64,000 bases of DNA from the human T2T-CHM13v2.0 reference genome, Homo sapiens. The stretch's first letter is position 1; each line of letters begins with the position of its first letter. A model generated the notes under the pieces. The model made no database searches. It was given only the letters and a program-made list of their open reading frames with translations, and was not told the origin of the DNA. This document shows, piece by piece, positions 28,143 through 43,789 of the stretch. The position numbers and the translations under genes are program-made. The DNA lies in the NCBI RefSeq assembly GCF_009914755.1, contig NC_060939.1. The stretch is one strand, 5' to 3'.

Positions 28143-30954
28143 TCATATATCACTATTGATCCATTAACTTTAAGAATGTAAGATGTTAATAATAGGGGGA
28201 AAAGGTTATGCTGGCATATGCAAGATCTCTGTAGCTTCGCAATTTTTCTGTAAATTTAACACCATTCTAAACAATAAAGTATTTTTTAAAACACTGCTTT
28301 ATGCTATTTCTATCTCACCTAAAACAGATCCAAAGTCAAATCACACATAAGTACATCTCATTGGCAGAGCTAAGTCATGCCTGTAATCCAGGGAGCTTAG
28401 CAAATGTAGTTTCTGGCTTTCTGGTCTCTGCAGTCCAGGGAGACACAAGGGAAGAAGATTGGAAATGAGCCAGTCCACAAAATTGCCTATCAGTTGTCAT
28501 ATCAAAACTCATTTAACCATTGTCTTTTAGTAGCTATTTAAGCTCTATCCAATTTTTTCTCTGTTACCAACAGTGCATCTAAGTAAATGTTTCTAGAAGG
28601 TAAATCAGAGGTCACAGGATTTGTATATTTTAATAGATATCCCCTGAAAAACCATCAATATATATTCCCATGCAAACCACTGCCAACACAGGTAGTTAAT
28701 ACTGGTTCATAATTTTATGAATCCATTGGGTAAAAATATTCCGTATCATTGCTGCTTCAGTTAATGTTTCTCTGATTACAAATGAGGTGACTGTTCTGAC
28801 CACTTGCATCCACCCTGCGGGACTGGACAGATAAGCTCATAGCGGTTTGTTGCTTACATATGCTCAAGGCCTCGGGGAGGAGGACATTGCATTTTACACA
28901 GGGCCATAAGGGACTTGCACATGGGAACACAGAGAGCCTGCAGGGACTCTAGTGAAAAGGAGGCAGGCTTTGAACTAACAAGATGCTGAGGTGCCTCCAG
29001 GCCCCATGTGAGGATGTGACTAGCTTTTTTGAATAATTTCATGAGCTGGCAGGGAAGCGAAGCCCATTAGAGTGAGGATCAGGTTAAGTGAAGCTAGTCC
29101 AGCTAATGGGGAACTGGCCAGGCAAGGAGCCTTTCCCACTGGCGGGGGTACACGTCTGGTGTGAGCATAAGGACTTAGGATTAGACCCTTGGGGCCTTGT
29201 GAGGGTCGAAGGCGTTAAGGTGGGAAATGAAATTTCAGGCCTTACGATACAGTGACCATTTTTTCATAGATTTATCGACTAATTGTATCTCTTTTTCTTT
29301 TAATTGTCTGCTTTGTTTTCTAACTAATTTTATTTATGTTATTTCTGGGAACATTTTGAAAAAAAATACTAGTTTTTAACTCTCTTTTTTTGGTTACACA
29401 TATTAAAAACACTTTTGCCCAGTCTGTTGCTTTTTGCATTAAAAATGCCCTTTGACAACTTTAAATCTGATTTTGACACTGTGCTGCTTAGAGCACTTCA
29501 CTGACTTTTGAAGCAAATTCTAAAAGTTTTCACCTGGCCGGGTGCCCTGCGTGAGCGGCCTCACTGGCTCTCACTTACACTCCCGCTGTCCCCACTTCTC
29601 GCCCGGTTCCTTCCAGCCTCCTCTGCTTCTTCGCATCCCTGCCTCTTCCACCTCTGGGCCTCCTGCTGGAGATTCTCTTCTCTTGGTGCATTCCTGTGAG
29701 AGACTGATGGGCATTGAGGGGTGAGCAGTAGCAGTTGTAAAATTGATCAAAGATGGTCATATACCCGTTGTGGGGTTTATCACATTTCTTGTATTGTTCT
29801 TCACTGAGTTTCCAACAGCCATTTTATTGATTAATGCTAAAATGGAAACATATATCTATGGTTCAAAATTTAAAATATTTAAGAATCTGTAGTAAAAACA
29901 AAAACAAAAACACAGTGTTCTTCCCCCAGGGCTGGCGGCGGGGACAGTGAGAGGGTTAGAAGCGCCTGCTGAGAGCCGAGCTGTCCTTGTCTATCTTGCC
30001 CTCTCCTGGCCATTGTTTTGCTAAAAGCATTTTTAAGTTCCCTGGTTCTCTTTAATACGTAGTTTATGAGATTTTCCCAGGTCTATTTGTCAAGACCTCA
30101 TGATATCATCTGTCTTGTTTTTCCTTTGTTGTCGCTTCATATGGATTTTTTATTTCTGCAGTGTTCTTCCTCCTTTCCATGTCCTAATGGACTCTGACAG
30201 CTCTGTTCACATCCTCTCCCACTGTCACACGGCCTCTTACTTGAATATCCTGACTCTTCCGTGACAGTTCTCGTTTCAGGTGCAGAAAATGCTGCCTGCT
30301 GCATAGAATCTTTGTGCAGAATGAAGCACTGTTGGTGAGAATCCCTCTCTGTGTCCTTGAAAACTGTCTTTCGTGATATCTGCCCCGATGTGCCTCTGTC
30401 TTTCCTTTTTTCCCTCCATCAGGTATTTGATGGATGCTGCCAATTGATTGTTTGATGGCAGTTGTTCTCCATGGGCCCAGGCCGTTCTTCTCAATATGAC
30501 TCATCTTGGAGAAGGGACAGTCAGTAGCCCCATTGGCTGAGCTAGTACTGCCGAGGGGTGGGATGGGAGTGTGGCGGGATGCGGGATAGGGAAAGCCTAT
30601 CTACGGCTTTCACGTGGGTGTGTTCTTGAGTGCCCTCCAACAAACCTGCTCTTTCTTCGCCCTGGGGACACTCCTTCACCTTCCCCAGACTTAGACTCTT
30701 AAGCCCTTCCAGCTTCTCCACTTTCCCGCTGTGTGCCTCTGGCCCTCTTCCATCAGGGAAAGCAGCTGGGGCCGGAACATACAAGTGAACACGGAACCTG
30801 CCCTTTTAAGAGCACGTGTATCCTGGCCCAAGGTCTCAGGTGGCAGAGATCAACTTTTTATTGGCTCTCGAGCTCCAGTCAAGATGTTTTGAGAATGTAG
30901 CCATTTTCTTGTTATATATAAATTGGATTTTTTGCCCTCTATTTTTTATTGTTG

Positions 30955-31132
30955 ATTTGTGTGCATATACATGAGTGTATAAATATGTGTATATACACAT
31001 ATGTGTATACATTCATATACATATACACAAACAAATCAACAACAAAAAATATATATGCACATGTGTGCATATATATATATTTTATATATATATATATATA
31101 TACACACACATACCTAGTAATACATATATATT
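30955..31132. repeat. TA/CA-rich microsatellite
   Basis: Directly visible. Confidence 0.85.
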
Positions 31133-31171
31133 TGTGGGTTTTGAGAGATGAGATTAAGGAAAATCATCTTT

Positions 31172-31474
31172 TTTTTTTTTTTTTTTTTTTTTTTGAGACA
31201 GAGTCTCGCTGTCGCCCAGGCTGGAGTGCAGTGGCGCAATCTCGGCTCACTGCAGTCTCCGCCCCCTGGGGTTCACGCCATTCTCCTGCCTCAGCCTCCC
31301 AAGTAGCTGGGACTACAGGCGCCCGCCACCTCGCCCGGCTAATTTTTTGTATTTTTAGTAGAGACGGGGTTTCACCGTGTTAGCCAGGATGGTCTCGATC
31401 TCCTGACCTCGTGATCCGCCCGCCTCGGCCTCCCAAAGTGCTGGGATTACAGGCGTGAGCCACCGCGCCCGGCC
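31172..31474 (-). mobile_element. Young AluY (AluYe-like)
   Basis: Nearly all CpGs intact, pure poly-T run 31169-31194, perfect TSD ggaaaatcatcttt; sense-strand variants GGGCGAGGTGG, AACCCCAGGGGGCGGAG, GGGCGACAGCGAGAC. Confidence 0.95.
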
Positions 31475-34261
31475 GGAAAATCATCTTTAAACAGAAATCA
31501 ATTTATACTTTTTCTGAGTAAATTTCTATCCTCATCTTTGAATTTCCCTTACATAATAATGTAGCTGACATAAGATTAAAATGAATCAAAACCACTAAAG
31601 TAGTTTTACATACTTTCAAAAAGAGGATGTAGAGCTTTAATATCATCATTTTTTGGAAGAACCTAGGGTCCTTAGCTCAGCATTTATTATCTGTTAGGAA
31701 CCTGATGAAACCCACTGAGACCTTTCAAATTGGTTCTTCCCCATGTTTTTCTGAGGCTATCTAAATGGGCAAGGAGATAATACAGATAGAAGGAAGTTGC
31801 TGTATTGGGAAGGAAACAGGAATTGGAGGCCAGGAAAGGAGCTTAGCTACAGCAGAGACAAGAGGATGATCAAATTCGGTGTTTTTCTATGACCAAGTTA
31901 AGAATTGCATTGATGATCTGCAACACTTTTTTTTTCTTTTTCTGTTTTAACACAACAATGTGGACGGAGAATCTTTTCTGTCATGATTATAATCGTTAAT
32001 ATAATTGCTGTGACTATTCAACCTTCAGAAAGCTGGTTTCCATCCAGCCCTGGCTCTGGGGCTCACAGGCTCTGTTGCCACATAAGGAAGCAGCACTGGG
32101 CAAGTTCCTGGACCACTTGCACCAGCACCATAGGGAGCATGAATCCACTGGTGATTTGTGGTTGTTCATTTATTTCGTATAATGAGAACAAACTCCCTGC
32201 CACATTTAAATAAAAGCCTAATTACATCTCCATTGCTACAGATGCTATTACTACCTTTCTGACTGGCTATAAAAGTTAATGAGTTTTTTATTGCTTTGCA
32301 GAGTTTCAAAATAAAATGCAAAGTTTAGAGATAGATGCTATATAAGGTGAGGTCCACTCTGCTTTGCTCTTTTTGAGGGAACCTAGAACCTTAATTTAAT
32401 GCTTTTCATTTTAGAATATGGCCTGCTTTGCATTATTTCCCATTTTTTTGGACATAAGTATGGCACAGGGATTAAATATAACTAAGCACCATTGAAGAAA
32501 ATTGCATCAAATCAGCTGAAGATAAGTGAAGAATGTTTTTATGAGCTACACGTTTTTGAAAGAGATACACAAGGCTGACAACCTAATAAAAGTTTAATAA
32601 TGTGTGCTCACCCATTTGCTGTGCTTTCAAGGTCCTCTGCAACACTGATGTGCTTGGGAACTTCCAGGATGGATTTCCAACTGTTAGTCACCAACTAGCA
32701 GAGGTTAGTTGTATTGTGCTGCCAGTCTCATATATGTAAACCTGAATTTGTTTTTATTCCTTCCTGCATTGCTTGATTTTTAAAAATTCAGTTACTCTAG
32801 GAAAAGAAAAGCCAAAATAAGCCAGAAATTTATATTTTTTATTCATATTTCAAGAATCATTCTAAAAGCAAGTGATAAAGTTAACTAATTTCTCTCTGCA
32901 TTTAGTACAGTTACTTTATCTTCCCAAAGAGGAAACCAAGGCCTGGAATCAATGCCATGTAGGCACGTGCAGGTCTGTGTGCTACACTGTGGTGGCACCG
33001 CACAGGGCACCTGGAAGCATGGATTTGAGCCTGGTCTGCACAGAAGCCTGCTTTTCAAGAGTTAAACGAGGCAAAATAACTTGGCACAATGCATTTCACA
33101 TGCAGTGCTTACTGAATACCCTCCATGAAAAAGCTGGCACTATGCCAGGGATGGAAGTTCAGGGGCAAAGACATTGTCCCATCTTCCAGGGACTCTCCCT
33201 CCACAGCTGGGGCTTAGGAATCATAATGCAACCAGCAAGTCAACTTCCAGGATTAAGGCTAGAAGAGACACCTAAGTTGAGGAACCACCTGGAGGTCTTC
33301 CTGGAGGCTAAGGAGTTGGCTAAGGTTGTAGGCTGAGCTAGTAGTGGTGGGCAGGTGAGTATGGAGGAGCCGAGGCTGCAGGCTGGTGAGCCCCGTTAGC
33401 AGAGGCTGCAGGGCCAGCACTGCTGACTATGGATCTGGTGCCAGACCTTGTCTGGGTGGCAGCTGGACCAATGGGCAGGGAGCAGGTGGGGCATGCGTTC
33501 TTCGGGCTTCAATCATGTGCCTCAGGGAATGGGGAGACATGGAGGATTTCAAGTGGAGGAATAGTGTATTAGATTTCCTTTTCATAACAGTCACCCTAAC
33601 TGCCATTTGTACAAGTGTTGATATGTTTCAAAACTAAATGCTGGATACCTATGAGGAGTAAGCCAGACCAGACTTTACAAACTTCAAGACTCAGGAGAGG
33701 CAGGAAGAGAAAGTGGTAGTTGATAAGGAACAAACTGGAGATGAGAAATAGGAGTGTGTAGGTCACCCTTCTGCCCCGTTTTTGTCAGGGACAGTGCACC
33801 TATCAAGTACCAACCACATTCTGGATCCAACACCCTTTCATTTTGCAATCAGGGATGGGTCAGAGTGTGTTTCCTTGGTCATCTCCATGTTTACCTCCCC
33901 ACCACCACCTGTGCTTAGACTCAACTGTGCAGAACTGGTAGAAAGATGAACTTATCCTCAGTGAGAAATCCCGGAGCTCACACCTTAAAGCTGCACTCTT
34001 GCCAACCCCACACCTACCACCAGAACCTGGAGACCTTCCTTCAAGTGCAACAGTGATTTATTACTCGAATGTTTACTGAAGATGCACACAGACAGGTTCT
34101 AAACGATGCTCCTGCTTCGAGGCTATTCTTCCCAATAAAAATGCAGGGTTTTCTCTTGACCTTCCTGAGTGATTGGATCAAAAGACATTTTATATCATTG
34201 CCAGAAAATCTGGATTCAAAAACTGTTGAGTGTGTGGGTTGGGGTCAGTGCCTTTCCTTTC

Positions 34262-34752
34262 TTTTTTAAAAATTATTTTTAAGTTGTGAATACACATAAA
34301 AACTCATCATCTTAGTCATTTCTAAGTATATAGTCCAGTGGCATTAAATGCATTCACCTTTTTGTGCAACTATCACCACCAACCATCTATAAAACTTTCA
34401 TCTTCTTAAAATGAAATTTTGTACCTATTAAATGCAAACATGCTATCCCCAACTCCTTATCCCCTGGCAACCACCATTCTATTTTCTGTCTCCATGAGAC
34501 TGAGCACTCCAGACACCTCATGTAAGTGGAATCACACAGTGTCTGTTCTTTTGTGCCTGGCTTATTTCACTCAGCATAATGTCCTCGAGGTTCATCCATG
34601 TTCTGGCGTATAGAAGATGTCCTTCCTTTCCGAGGTTGGGTAATGTTTCATTATACACATGGACCACATTTTGCTTATCCATTCATCCACACAAGGACAC
34701 CTGGGTGACTTCACTTTTTGGCTATTGTGAATAACGCCACTATGAACATGGA
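34262..34752 (-). mobile_element. L1MB 3'UTR fragment
   Basis: cagtggcattaaatgcattcacc; cccctggcaaccaccattcta; acctcatgtaagtggaatcacacagt. Confidence 0.85.
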
Positions 34753-34937
34753 GTCCCCTGTATTTCTAATCATAGGTATTGGTCTTCGGTTTGGGGACTC
34801 ATGAAATTCCACTCCTACTTCTCTGTTCTTCTACTGCTCCTCCACATCTTTGTTCTTACCATGAGTGGTATTTTGTTTCTAATAAATGAAAAAGTATGAT
34901 AGATATGATACTTCATTTAATGAAATGATCAACACAA

Positions 34938-35100
34938 ACCTCGGGCAAATCACTTAATTTCTTCACAATGTGGCCTTCTCATCTGTAAAACAGTAATGTC
35001 ATTCTTTACCTCTTTGGCTTATGAGGAAGATAAAATGAGACCATGTCTGTAAAGAGCTTAGCACTTAGACTGTCACGTAGCATCTGCCCAGCAAGTTGAG
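34938..35100 (+). mobile_element. MIR fragment
   Basis: cctcgggcaaatcacttaa...tctcatctgtaaaac...gtaaagagcttagcac. Confidence 0.75.
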
Positions 35101-35439
35101 GTTGGTACTTGGTTCCCCACAGTGGGGAGCAGGGATTGAGGCAGAACTCATTCATGTGGGCATAGGGAACAGATAGAGCCACAAGCTCAGAGCCAGAGGG
35201 ACTGTGAGGGCAGGTGCACCCTTAAAGATCTTTAGGAGAAAAGATTTCCAGCCTTTGTCACTGGGCACTGGAGTTCCCTGATAAATTCAATTGGCAACCA
35301 GTAGGGTTTTCAGGGTAGTAGTGCAAGACAGAACCCCCCAAGCCTGGTAAACAAGGGCTCACAATTCTTCAGCTCCTCTGGCCCTGTTACCCTTCCTGGG
35401 ATGGTTTGAGTAACACAGCCCCAGAAGGGGAATCCACCC

Positions 35440-36328
35440 TGTGATGGGCTGAATTGCATCCCCCTCACTTTCATGTTAAATCCTAATCCCTAATACCTCA
35501 GAGCATGATCTCATCTGGAGGCAGGATTTCAAGTGAGGTCATTAGGATGGACCCTAACCCAATGACTGGTGTCCTTATAAAAAGGGAAATTAATAAGGTC
35601 ATTAGGGTGGGCCTTAATCCAATATGACCTGGTGTCCTTATAAAAAGGGGAAATTTGGACACAGAGATGCACATACATACAGGGAAGATGATCTGAAGAG
35701 ACAGAGGGAGAAGGCAGCTGTACTAGTCTGTTTTGTGTTGCTATAAAGGAATACCTGAGACTAGGTAATTTACAAATAAAAGAGGTTTATTTTGGCTCAT
35801 TGTTCTGCACACTGTACAAGAAACATAGTGCTGGCATCTGCCTCTGGTGAGCCCTCAGGAAGCTTTTACTCATGGTGGAAGGTGAAGGGGGAGCAGGCAT
35901 GTCACATGGTGAGTGAAAGAGTAAGAGAGAGAGGGAGGAGGCACCAGGCTCCTTTAAACAACCAGCTCCTGCATGAACTCACAGAGAAAGAACTCACTCA
36001 TCACCACAGGGAGGGCACCAAGCCATTCCATGAGGGATCCGCCCCCATGACCCAAACACCTCCCTCCAGGCCCCACCTCCAACATTGGGGATCACATTTC
36101 AACATGGGATTTGGAGGGAAAAAATAACAAAACTATAGCTCAGCCATCTACAAGCCAAGGAGAGAGGCCAGGAACAGATCTTTCCCTCACAGCCCTCAGA
36201 AGAACCAACCCTGCCACCACCTTGATTTTGGACTTCCTGCTTCCAGAACTGTGAGACCATACATTTCTGTTGGTCAAGCCACACTCACTATACAGTATTT
36301 TGTTATGACAGCCCCAGGAAACTAATGC
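35440..36328 (+). mobile_element. MLT1B-like LTR split by an MST LTR
   Basis: tgtgatgggctgaattg ... ctacaagccaaggagagaggcc ... cagccccaggaaactaatgca. Confidence 0.85.
35719..36140 (-). mobile_element. MSTB-like solo LTR nested in MLT1B
   Basis: ttgctataaaggaatacctgagactaggtaattt ... cccacctccaacattggggatcacatttcaacatg. Confidence 0.9.
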
Positions 36329-37302
36329 ACACCTCTACAACCCTTTCAGGGACAATGGAAGATGCTGGTGAGAGCCCCTCCAAGCCAGTGGAACCCAAGG
36401 AAGCAGAGTGACTGACAAAACAAACTTCTGGCCTTCAAGGACAATTATAAAGTCTGTATAAGCTTCTAAAGTGTGGCTACATTGCATATTAGTAAATATC
36501 CTTTTTTTGGCCAAAGTATTTTATTTTACTATTATACTATATGTAATTTGCAAATCGTTTCACAAGAAATTTTTAAAGCAAAGTTATAAAAATGTATATA
36601 AAAAAGTACAGAGTTGACAGGAAAATTACTTTTTTTAATAGTTCAAATAAAATCTTTTTGTTTTTCTTATGCTGGCTGAAAATTGTATAATCTATTCTTC
36701 CATAGATAGTTGCAATATTACATTTTAATGAGCAGTCTCATAGTTAATTCATTTATTAAAAACAGGTTCACCCTTTGGATGATGAGAATCAATTGCTCGA
36801 TTTTAAAGAGAACGATAATAAAATTTGTCATATACGACATGAAGTCATAAATAGCTCTTCAAAATTCAGATGTGTTCAGCCTTGTTTCTCTATTAAATTC
36901 TTCACAGTTCTAAGTTAAGGAAGTGTCTTTTACTTTAGCCCGACTTCAGAGCTAAAGTCTGGTTTAACTTCAGAGATCCAGAAGTTGTGGCTGTGAGGCA
37001 TTTTATGGCAGCAGCTGGTCTGATGACAGTGGCTGCTCCCTGGCTATGCTTTTCAACCCCCATAATCACAGAGAGGCATTTTGCTTAAATCTTCAGGTTT
37101 TTGCTGTAGCATTGTCATAAAATATTCTCTAGCTTTGTCCACATGCAGCCCATGGAGGTCTGAGACATTTGGTGACAACAGGGAGGCGTGATGAGCTTTG
37201 CACGTCTACTTATGGGGACTGACCTGGTGGGCATGCCCTCCACTTCTGTAGGTGCATGAGGGCATCTCCTCTGCAACCATCCAATGCCTAGAAATGGTCC
37301 AC

Positions 37303-37601
37303 TTTTTTTTTTTTTTTTTTAAGACAGAGTCTCGCTCTGTTGCCAAGGCTAGAGGGCAGTGGTGCAATCTTGGCTCACTGCAACCTCTGTCCCTAGGTTC
37401 AGGCGATTCTCCTGCCTCAGCCTCCTAAGTAGCTGGGACTACAGGTGCCCACCACCACGCCCCACTAATTTTTGTATTTTTAGTGGAGACAGGGTTTCAC
37501 TATGTTGGCCAGGCTAATCGCAAACTCCTGACCTCAGGTGATCCGCCTGCTTCGGCCTCCCAAAGTGCTGGGATTACAGGCATGAGCCACCACGACCGGG
37601 C
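37303..37601 (-). mobile_element. AluS
   Basis: Full antisense Alu; ccactt on both flanks. Confidence 0.95.
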
Positions 37602-37938
37602 CCACTTCGTATGTCTTGAGTCTCTTTCTTTGCCTTTTCTCTTTAGCCTTCCATTCAGCAGAAGTGACATTTGCATTTTCATGAAAAACTCCTGTGCTAT
37701 AACTTTTTGTAAACGATTCCTTTCAAGAACACAGTTTTAAAATTGCACTGTATGTTCTAAGAAATAACTGTGGTCCTTGAAAGTGTACACCTCCAAATTT
37801 TGGTTAATGGCGAGGAGTAACTTGGAGAGCTGCTGCTTCTTCAGTCTGATGACACATTCTATTACAAAGATAAGTGACTTCCTTCTTAAGTCGTGATTTT
37901 TCCTGTAAGGCAATTTCTTCTGTTAGCTATTTCTGTGA

Positions 37939-38243
<305 letters not shown>

Positions 38244-39123
38244 TGAGTGACAATTTTAAAAACTTGACTATTCCGATGATCCAATTAGACAGAGTAACAC
38301 TTCGGGTGCTGCTAAAGTCTGCAGTAATTTCTTGTTCTCTGAGATGAATTTTGTTCAGTATGATCAAGTCCAACATGCCCAACCAGGGGAGGGCCTCCCG
38401 TAAGCTTGCCATAGGACACAGCTTGTTTTTGTTACTTCTAAACACATGTGCAGGACAAGAGATTGGCAAAGGACGGGTATATTAGTAAATATATTTATAT
38501 TATTTTTTCTAGAAATCATTTCGCCTTTTAGAATTGTGACAAAATCATTCTTATTAAATGTAAGTCAACAAATAAAGCTGGATAAATAAAATTGTAAAGT
38601 GTGACTCCACTCACCATGGTGGAGCTCCAGGACACCTATGCGATCCCTCCACTTAAGAGAATTCGGCTGCTGCTTTAAAAAATAAAAACTGTTTTTAAAA
38701 CTCAATCAATCAGCATTGCATTATTTAACTGAGAGAGTAAAAATCTCACTGTTTCGAGGTTTTTCCCCTCAGAAACAATCATTCACATTAAGTTTCATCA
38801 CTAATGGTATAATTTGCCTAATCTGATATTAATCTAAAAACTTAGAGGAAAACAAAATCAGCAACGTGTTAACTGGTGAAAGTTCTCTCTCAAAATCAAA
38901 ATTCAATAGAATTATTTCATGTAACATGGTTTATTTTGTTATAGAAAGTAAAGGTGACAAAAGTAAAGGTGACAAAATGAGCACAAAGGGAGTTCTTCAT
39001 AAAAAGAAACCTGCCAAGAATTCTTGCAATTTCTCATAAGTCACTTTTGTCAGGTTCAAATCTACATGAACTAGACTATCCTCAACTGTTAGAGACCCTA
39101 AAATCCATTCCAACATGGCCAAA

Positions 39124-40338
39124 TATCATGTGTTTCTTAATGATAGGAATATGTTCTGAAAAATGCATTGTTAGGTAATTTCATCACTGTGCGAACATCA
39201 CTAAGTACACTTACACAAACCTAGATGGCATAACCTACTACACGCCTGGGCTCTGTGGTACAGCCTACTGCTCCTGGGCTACAAACCTGCACAGCATGTA
39301 ACTGTACTGAATACTGTAGGCAACTGTAACACAACGGTAAGTATGTTTGTATCTAAACATGTCTAAACATACAAAGAGTGCAGTAAAAAATACAGTATAA
39401 AAGACACACATGGTACACCTGTTTAGGGCAGGTACCACTAATGGAGCTTGCAGGACTGGAGGTGGCGTTGGGTGAGTCAGTGAGTGAGTGGTGAGTGAAT
39501 GTGAAGGCTAGGACATTACGGTACACTACCGTAGACTTTATAAATACTGTGCACTTAGGCAACACTAAATTTATAAGAAAATATATTTTTCCTCAGTAAT
39601 AAATTAACCTTGGCTTATTGTAACTTTTTTACCCTATGAGCGTTTTAGTATTTTTTTGTTTTTGTTTTTTACTTTTTGACTACTGTGTAATAATACTTAG
39701 TTTAAAACACAGATTGTCCAGCTATAAAAAAAATTCTTTCTTTATATTCTTATCCTATAAGCTTTTTTAATTTAATTTTTACTCTTTCGACTTTTTAAAC
39801 TTTTTTGTTAAAAATTAAAACATGAGCCCACACATTAGCCGAGGCCTACCCAGGGTCAGGAGCATCAGTGTCACTGTCTTCCACCTCCACAACTTGTCCC
39901 ACTGGAAGGTCTTCAGGGGCAGTAACACGCATGGAGCTGTCACTTCCTAAGATAACAGTGCCTTCTTCTGGAATAACTCCTGACAACCTGCCTGAGGCTG
40001 TTTTACAGTTAACCTTTTTTATAAGTAGAAACATACATTCTAAAATAACAATAAAACCTACGGTATAGTAAATACATAAACCAGCAACATAGTTATTGCC
40101 ATTATCAAGCATTAATACTGTACATAATTCTACGTGCTACCGTTTTATAAGACTGGTAGTGCAATAGGTTTATTTTCACAGCATCACCGCAAACATGGGA
40201 GGAAAACACTGCACTATGTTACGATGGCTACAACTTCAAGAGGCCATAGGAATTTTTCAGCTCTGTTATAATCCATGGGATCACTGTCGTATACGCGGTT
40301 TGTCACTGACTGAAACATTATTACACAGTGTCTGACTG
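39124..40338 (-). mobile_element. Tigger3b-type non-autonomous DNA transposon (~1.2 kb)
   Basis: Both termini homologous to the 4537-4922 element in reverse; ends gactg followed by TA. Confidence 0.85.
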
Positions 40339-40542
40339 TAATTCATTGATCTGGAAAGCCAGTTCAGCAGGTGTTGGCACCTCCAGACAGTGGATGGTAA
40401 GAGATTTGATCATCCCTGGCATGGCAGTCAACATATCAGCCTAATAATTGTCACTGACTCTGGCTGACAAAGTACCGCATGATATTAGAATTTTCTCCAT
40501 TTCCTGTTCATCGTCATTCATAAATTCTTCTGTGTTTATCTA

Positions 40543-40983
<441 letters not shown>

Positions 40984-40986
40984 TCA

Positions 40987-41121
40987 TTTTTTTCTTTCTT
41001 TTTTTATTATACTTTAAATTTTAGGGTACATGTGCACAATGTGCAGGTTAGTTACATATGTATACATGTGCCATGCTGGTGTGCTGCACCCATTAACTCG
41101 TCATTTAGCATTAGGTATATC
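40987..41121 (-). mobile_element. Very short young L1PA (L1PA2/3-like) 3' end
   Basis: ttattatactttaaattttagggtacatgtgcacaatgtgcaggttagttacatatgtatacatgtgccatgctggtgtgctgcacccattaactcgtcatttagcattaggtatatc. Confidence 0.92.
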
Positions 41122-41331
41122 AACACAATTAATTTCCTCATTTAATTCAAGATGTGAAGAGCTCAACACAGAGTTCAAAATATCACACAGATTCAAAGAA
41201 GAATGTATACTGTGTCCAATGTCTGGAGCTACTGGGTTCTTCTCCATTCCATTCATGTCTTTAGGGGTTGTAGCGTTTAGATACCTAGAAAAGACTACTT
41301 GATGCTATGTAAGCCTAAAAGTTCTGCCTAA

Positions 41332-41720
<389 letters not shown>

Positions 41721-41859
41721 TATTAATTCAGTTTTTTCAGAAGTTACAGCTTTTATTTCTGCTTGTTCTGAGCTTTCCCTTTCTGCATCTTTGGTAGGCT
41801 CTGCACACATTATTGTTACTCATTCAAAACTGAATGTGAAGTTAAGGGATGTAAAGTGA

Positions 41860-42333
<474 letters not shown>

Positions 42334-42789
42334 AGGAAGTTCAATTTCTTAAAAGCATTCTCGGTTAAGGAATCCAAATCTTCGATTCGCTACATGTCCA
42401 AAAGTGAATCCATGTTTGAAGCTTCACTCCCTTCTTAAGAAAGCCACTTTTCCATGATCTCACTTCCTGATGCACTCTCCTGACTCTCAGAACCAATTCA
42501 TCTGCCCGAGAAGATTCTTATTTCAGATAATCTTAATAGACAATCTATTGCATTTCAACTGAGAGGATTGCTGTGCGGACTAAACGAGATAATCCCTAAA
42601 AGCCTGCTGTGTAAGAAGACTGGCACTTAGTAAGCACCCAACTACGTTCCCTTTGAAGTCACATTCGGAGCGCATCCAGTACACAACATCCAGTCCAGGT
42701 AGAAAACGTCTCTGAGACACTGGGGAAAAGCTCTTTCTGATCTATTTTTGTCTCTTCCATACTTTTTCTTTCAGAAGGAAGATACTGTC

Positions 42790-43530
42790 AATATGACATT
42801 TCACCACTAAAAAATGTCCATTATATATCTCCTTAAAATGGAAATATCCTGCTATAAAATGACACCCCCATAATCAAAGCGAAGAAAATTAAACTAATCC
42901 CCACTATCATCTCGTACACAGTCCATATTCAAATTTCTCCAAGTGCTTCAAAAATGACTTTTATAATTTTATTAAAACAAGAATACAGTCTACATTCGCA
43001 TATTACATTTTGTTATTGCGTCTCTTCAATAAAGAAAGCCCTCTCCTTTTTTCTTTTGTCGTGGTATTGATTTATTGAGGGAACTGAGCTTGTGGAATAT
43101 TTTGTATTCTGGATTCATGGTTGAATCTTCTATTTTCCATATTTCATACAACTGAGAAACTAGATTTAAAAGCTTGTTTAGATTTGTACTAAATATTTTT
43201 GGCAAGAATACGGCTTCTGTGTATTTCATACCACCTTGCACCAAGAGGCACATAATATTAGGAAGTTTCTGTTAGTGATGTTAATTGTATTGCATAGCTA
43301 AATGTGTAACGGTGCTCCGTTATCTAAGGTATGTTTACCCTTTCCAGTCCGCAAGCACTCCATGGGGTGATGTTATGAGACTGCAGGAATATCGTGTTCC
43401 TTATTACCCTGCCTTTACTGCTTTTCAGCATCTCTTGATGATCCTTATCTGAATCCCTTATTTTACTAGTTTACACTATGGTGATTTTTCTATTTTGTTC
43501 ATTCCTTCTACATTTATTTACTGATTTTCC
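42790..43530 (-). mobile_element. L1MC4/5-like 3'UTR fragment
   Basis: acagtccatattcaaatttctcc; tttttggcaagaatac; gaggcacataat. Confidence 0.65.
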
Positions 43531-43789
43531 TCTTTCCCCCCTCATAATGACTACTGAAATGCTTCTATTAAAATATCAATTATCAAAATATTTCAACCCC
43601 ACACTTCTCCACCAAGGCTGGCTTTGCTGTACCTTAAGCCTGAGTTTATGGGGGTAATCCAGCCCCTTGAGCAGGGCTCCTTCACCTGAGACCCCAGCTA
43701 GGCTGCTCAGTTCAGGTTCTGGAGACAACTTCTGAGTCATCTCCAAATTTTAGTGGTAGACTAAGCACCAGTATATGAGGTATTTATAC

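Noticed and set aside
30184-30504. ORFs and possible micro-exon in unique sequence
   Set aside because: No recognisable domain; weak splice signals.
32872-33336. 154-aa ORF
   Set aside because: Non-ATG start, no recognisable homology or exon structure.
38945-38977. 15-bp tandem duplication (aaagtaaaggtgaca x2); also gtgcatgag x3 near 60042
   Set aside because: Ordinary slippage duplications with no sign of function.
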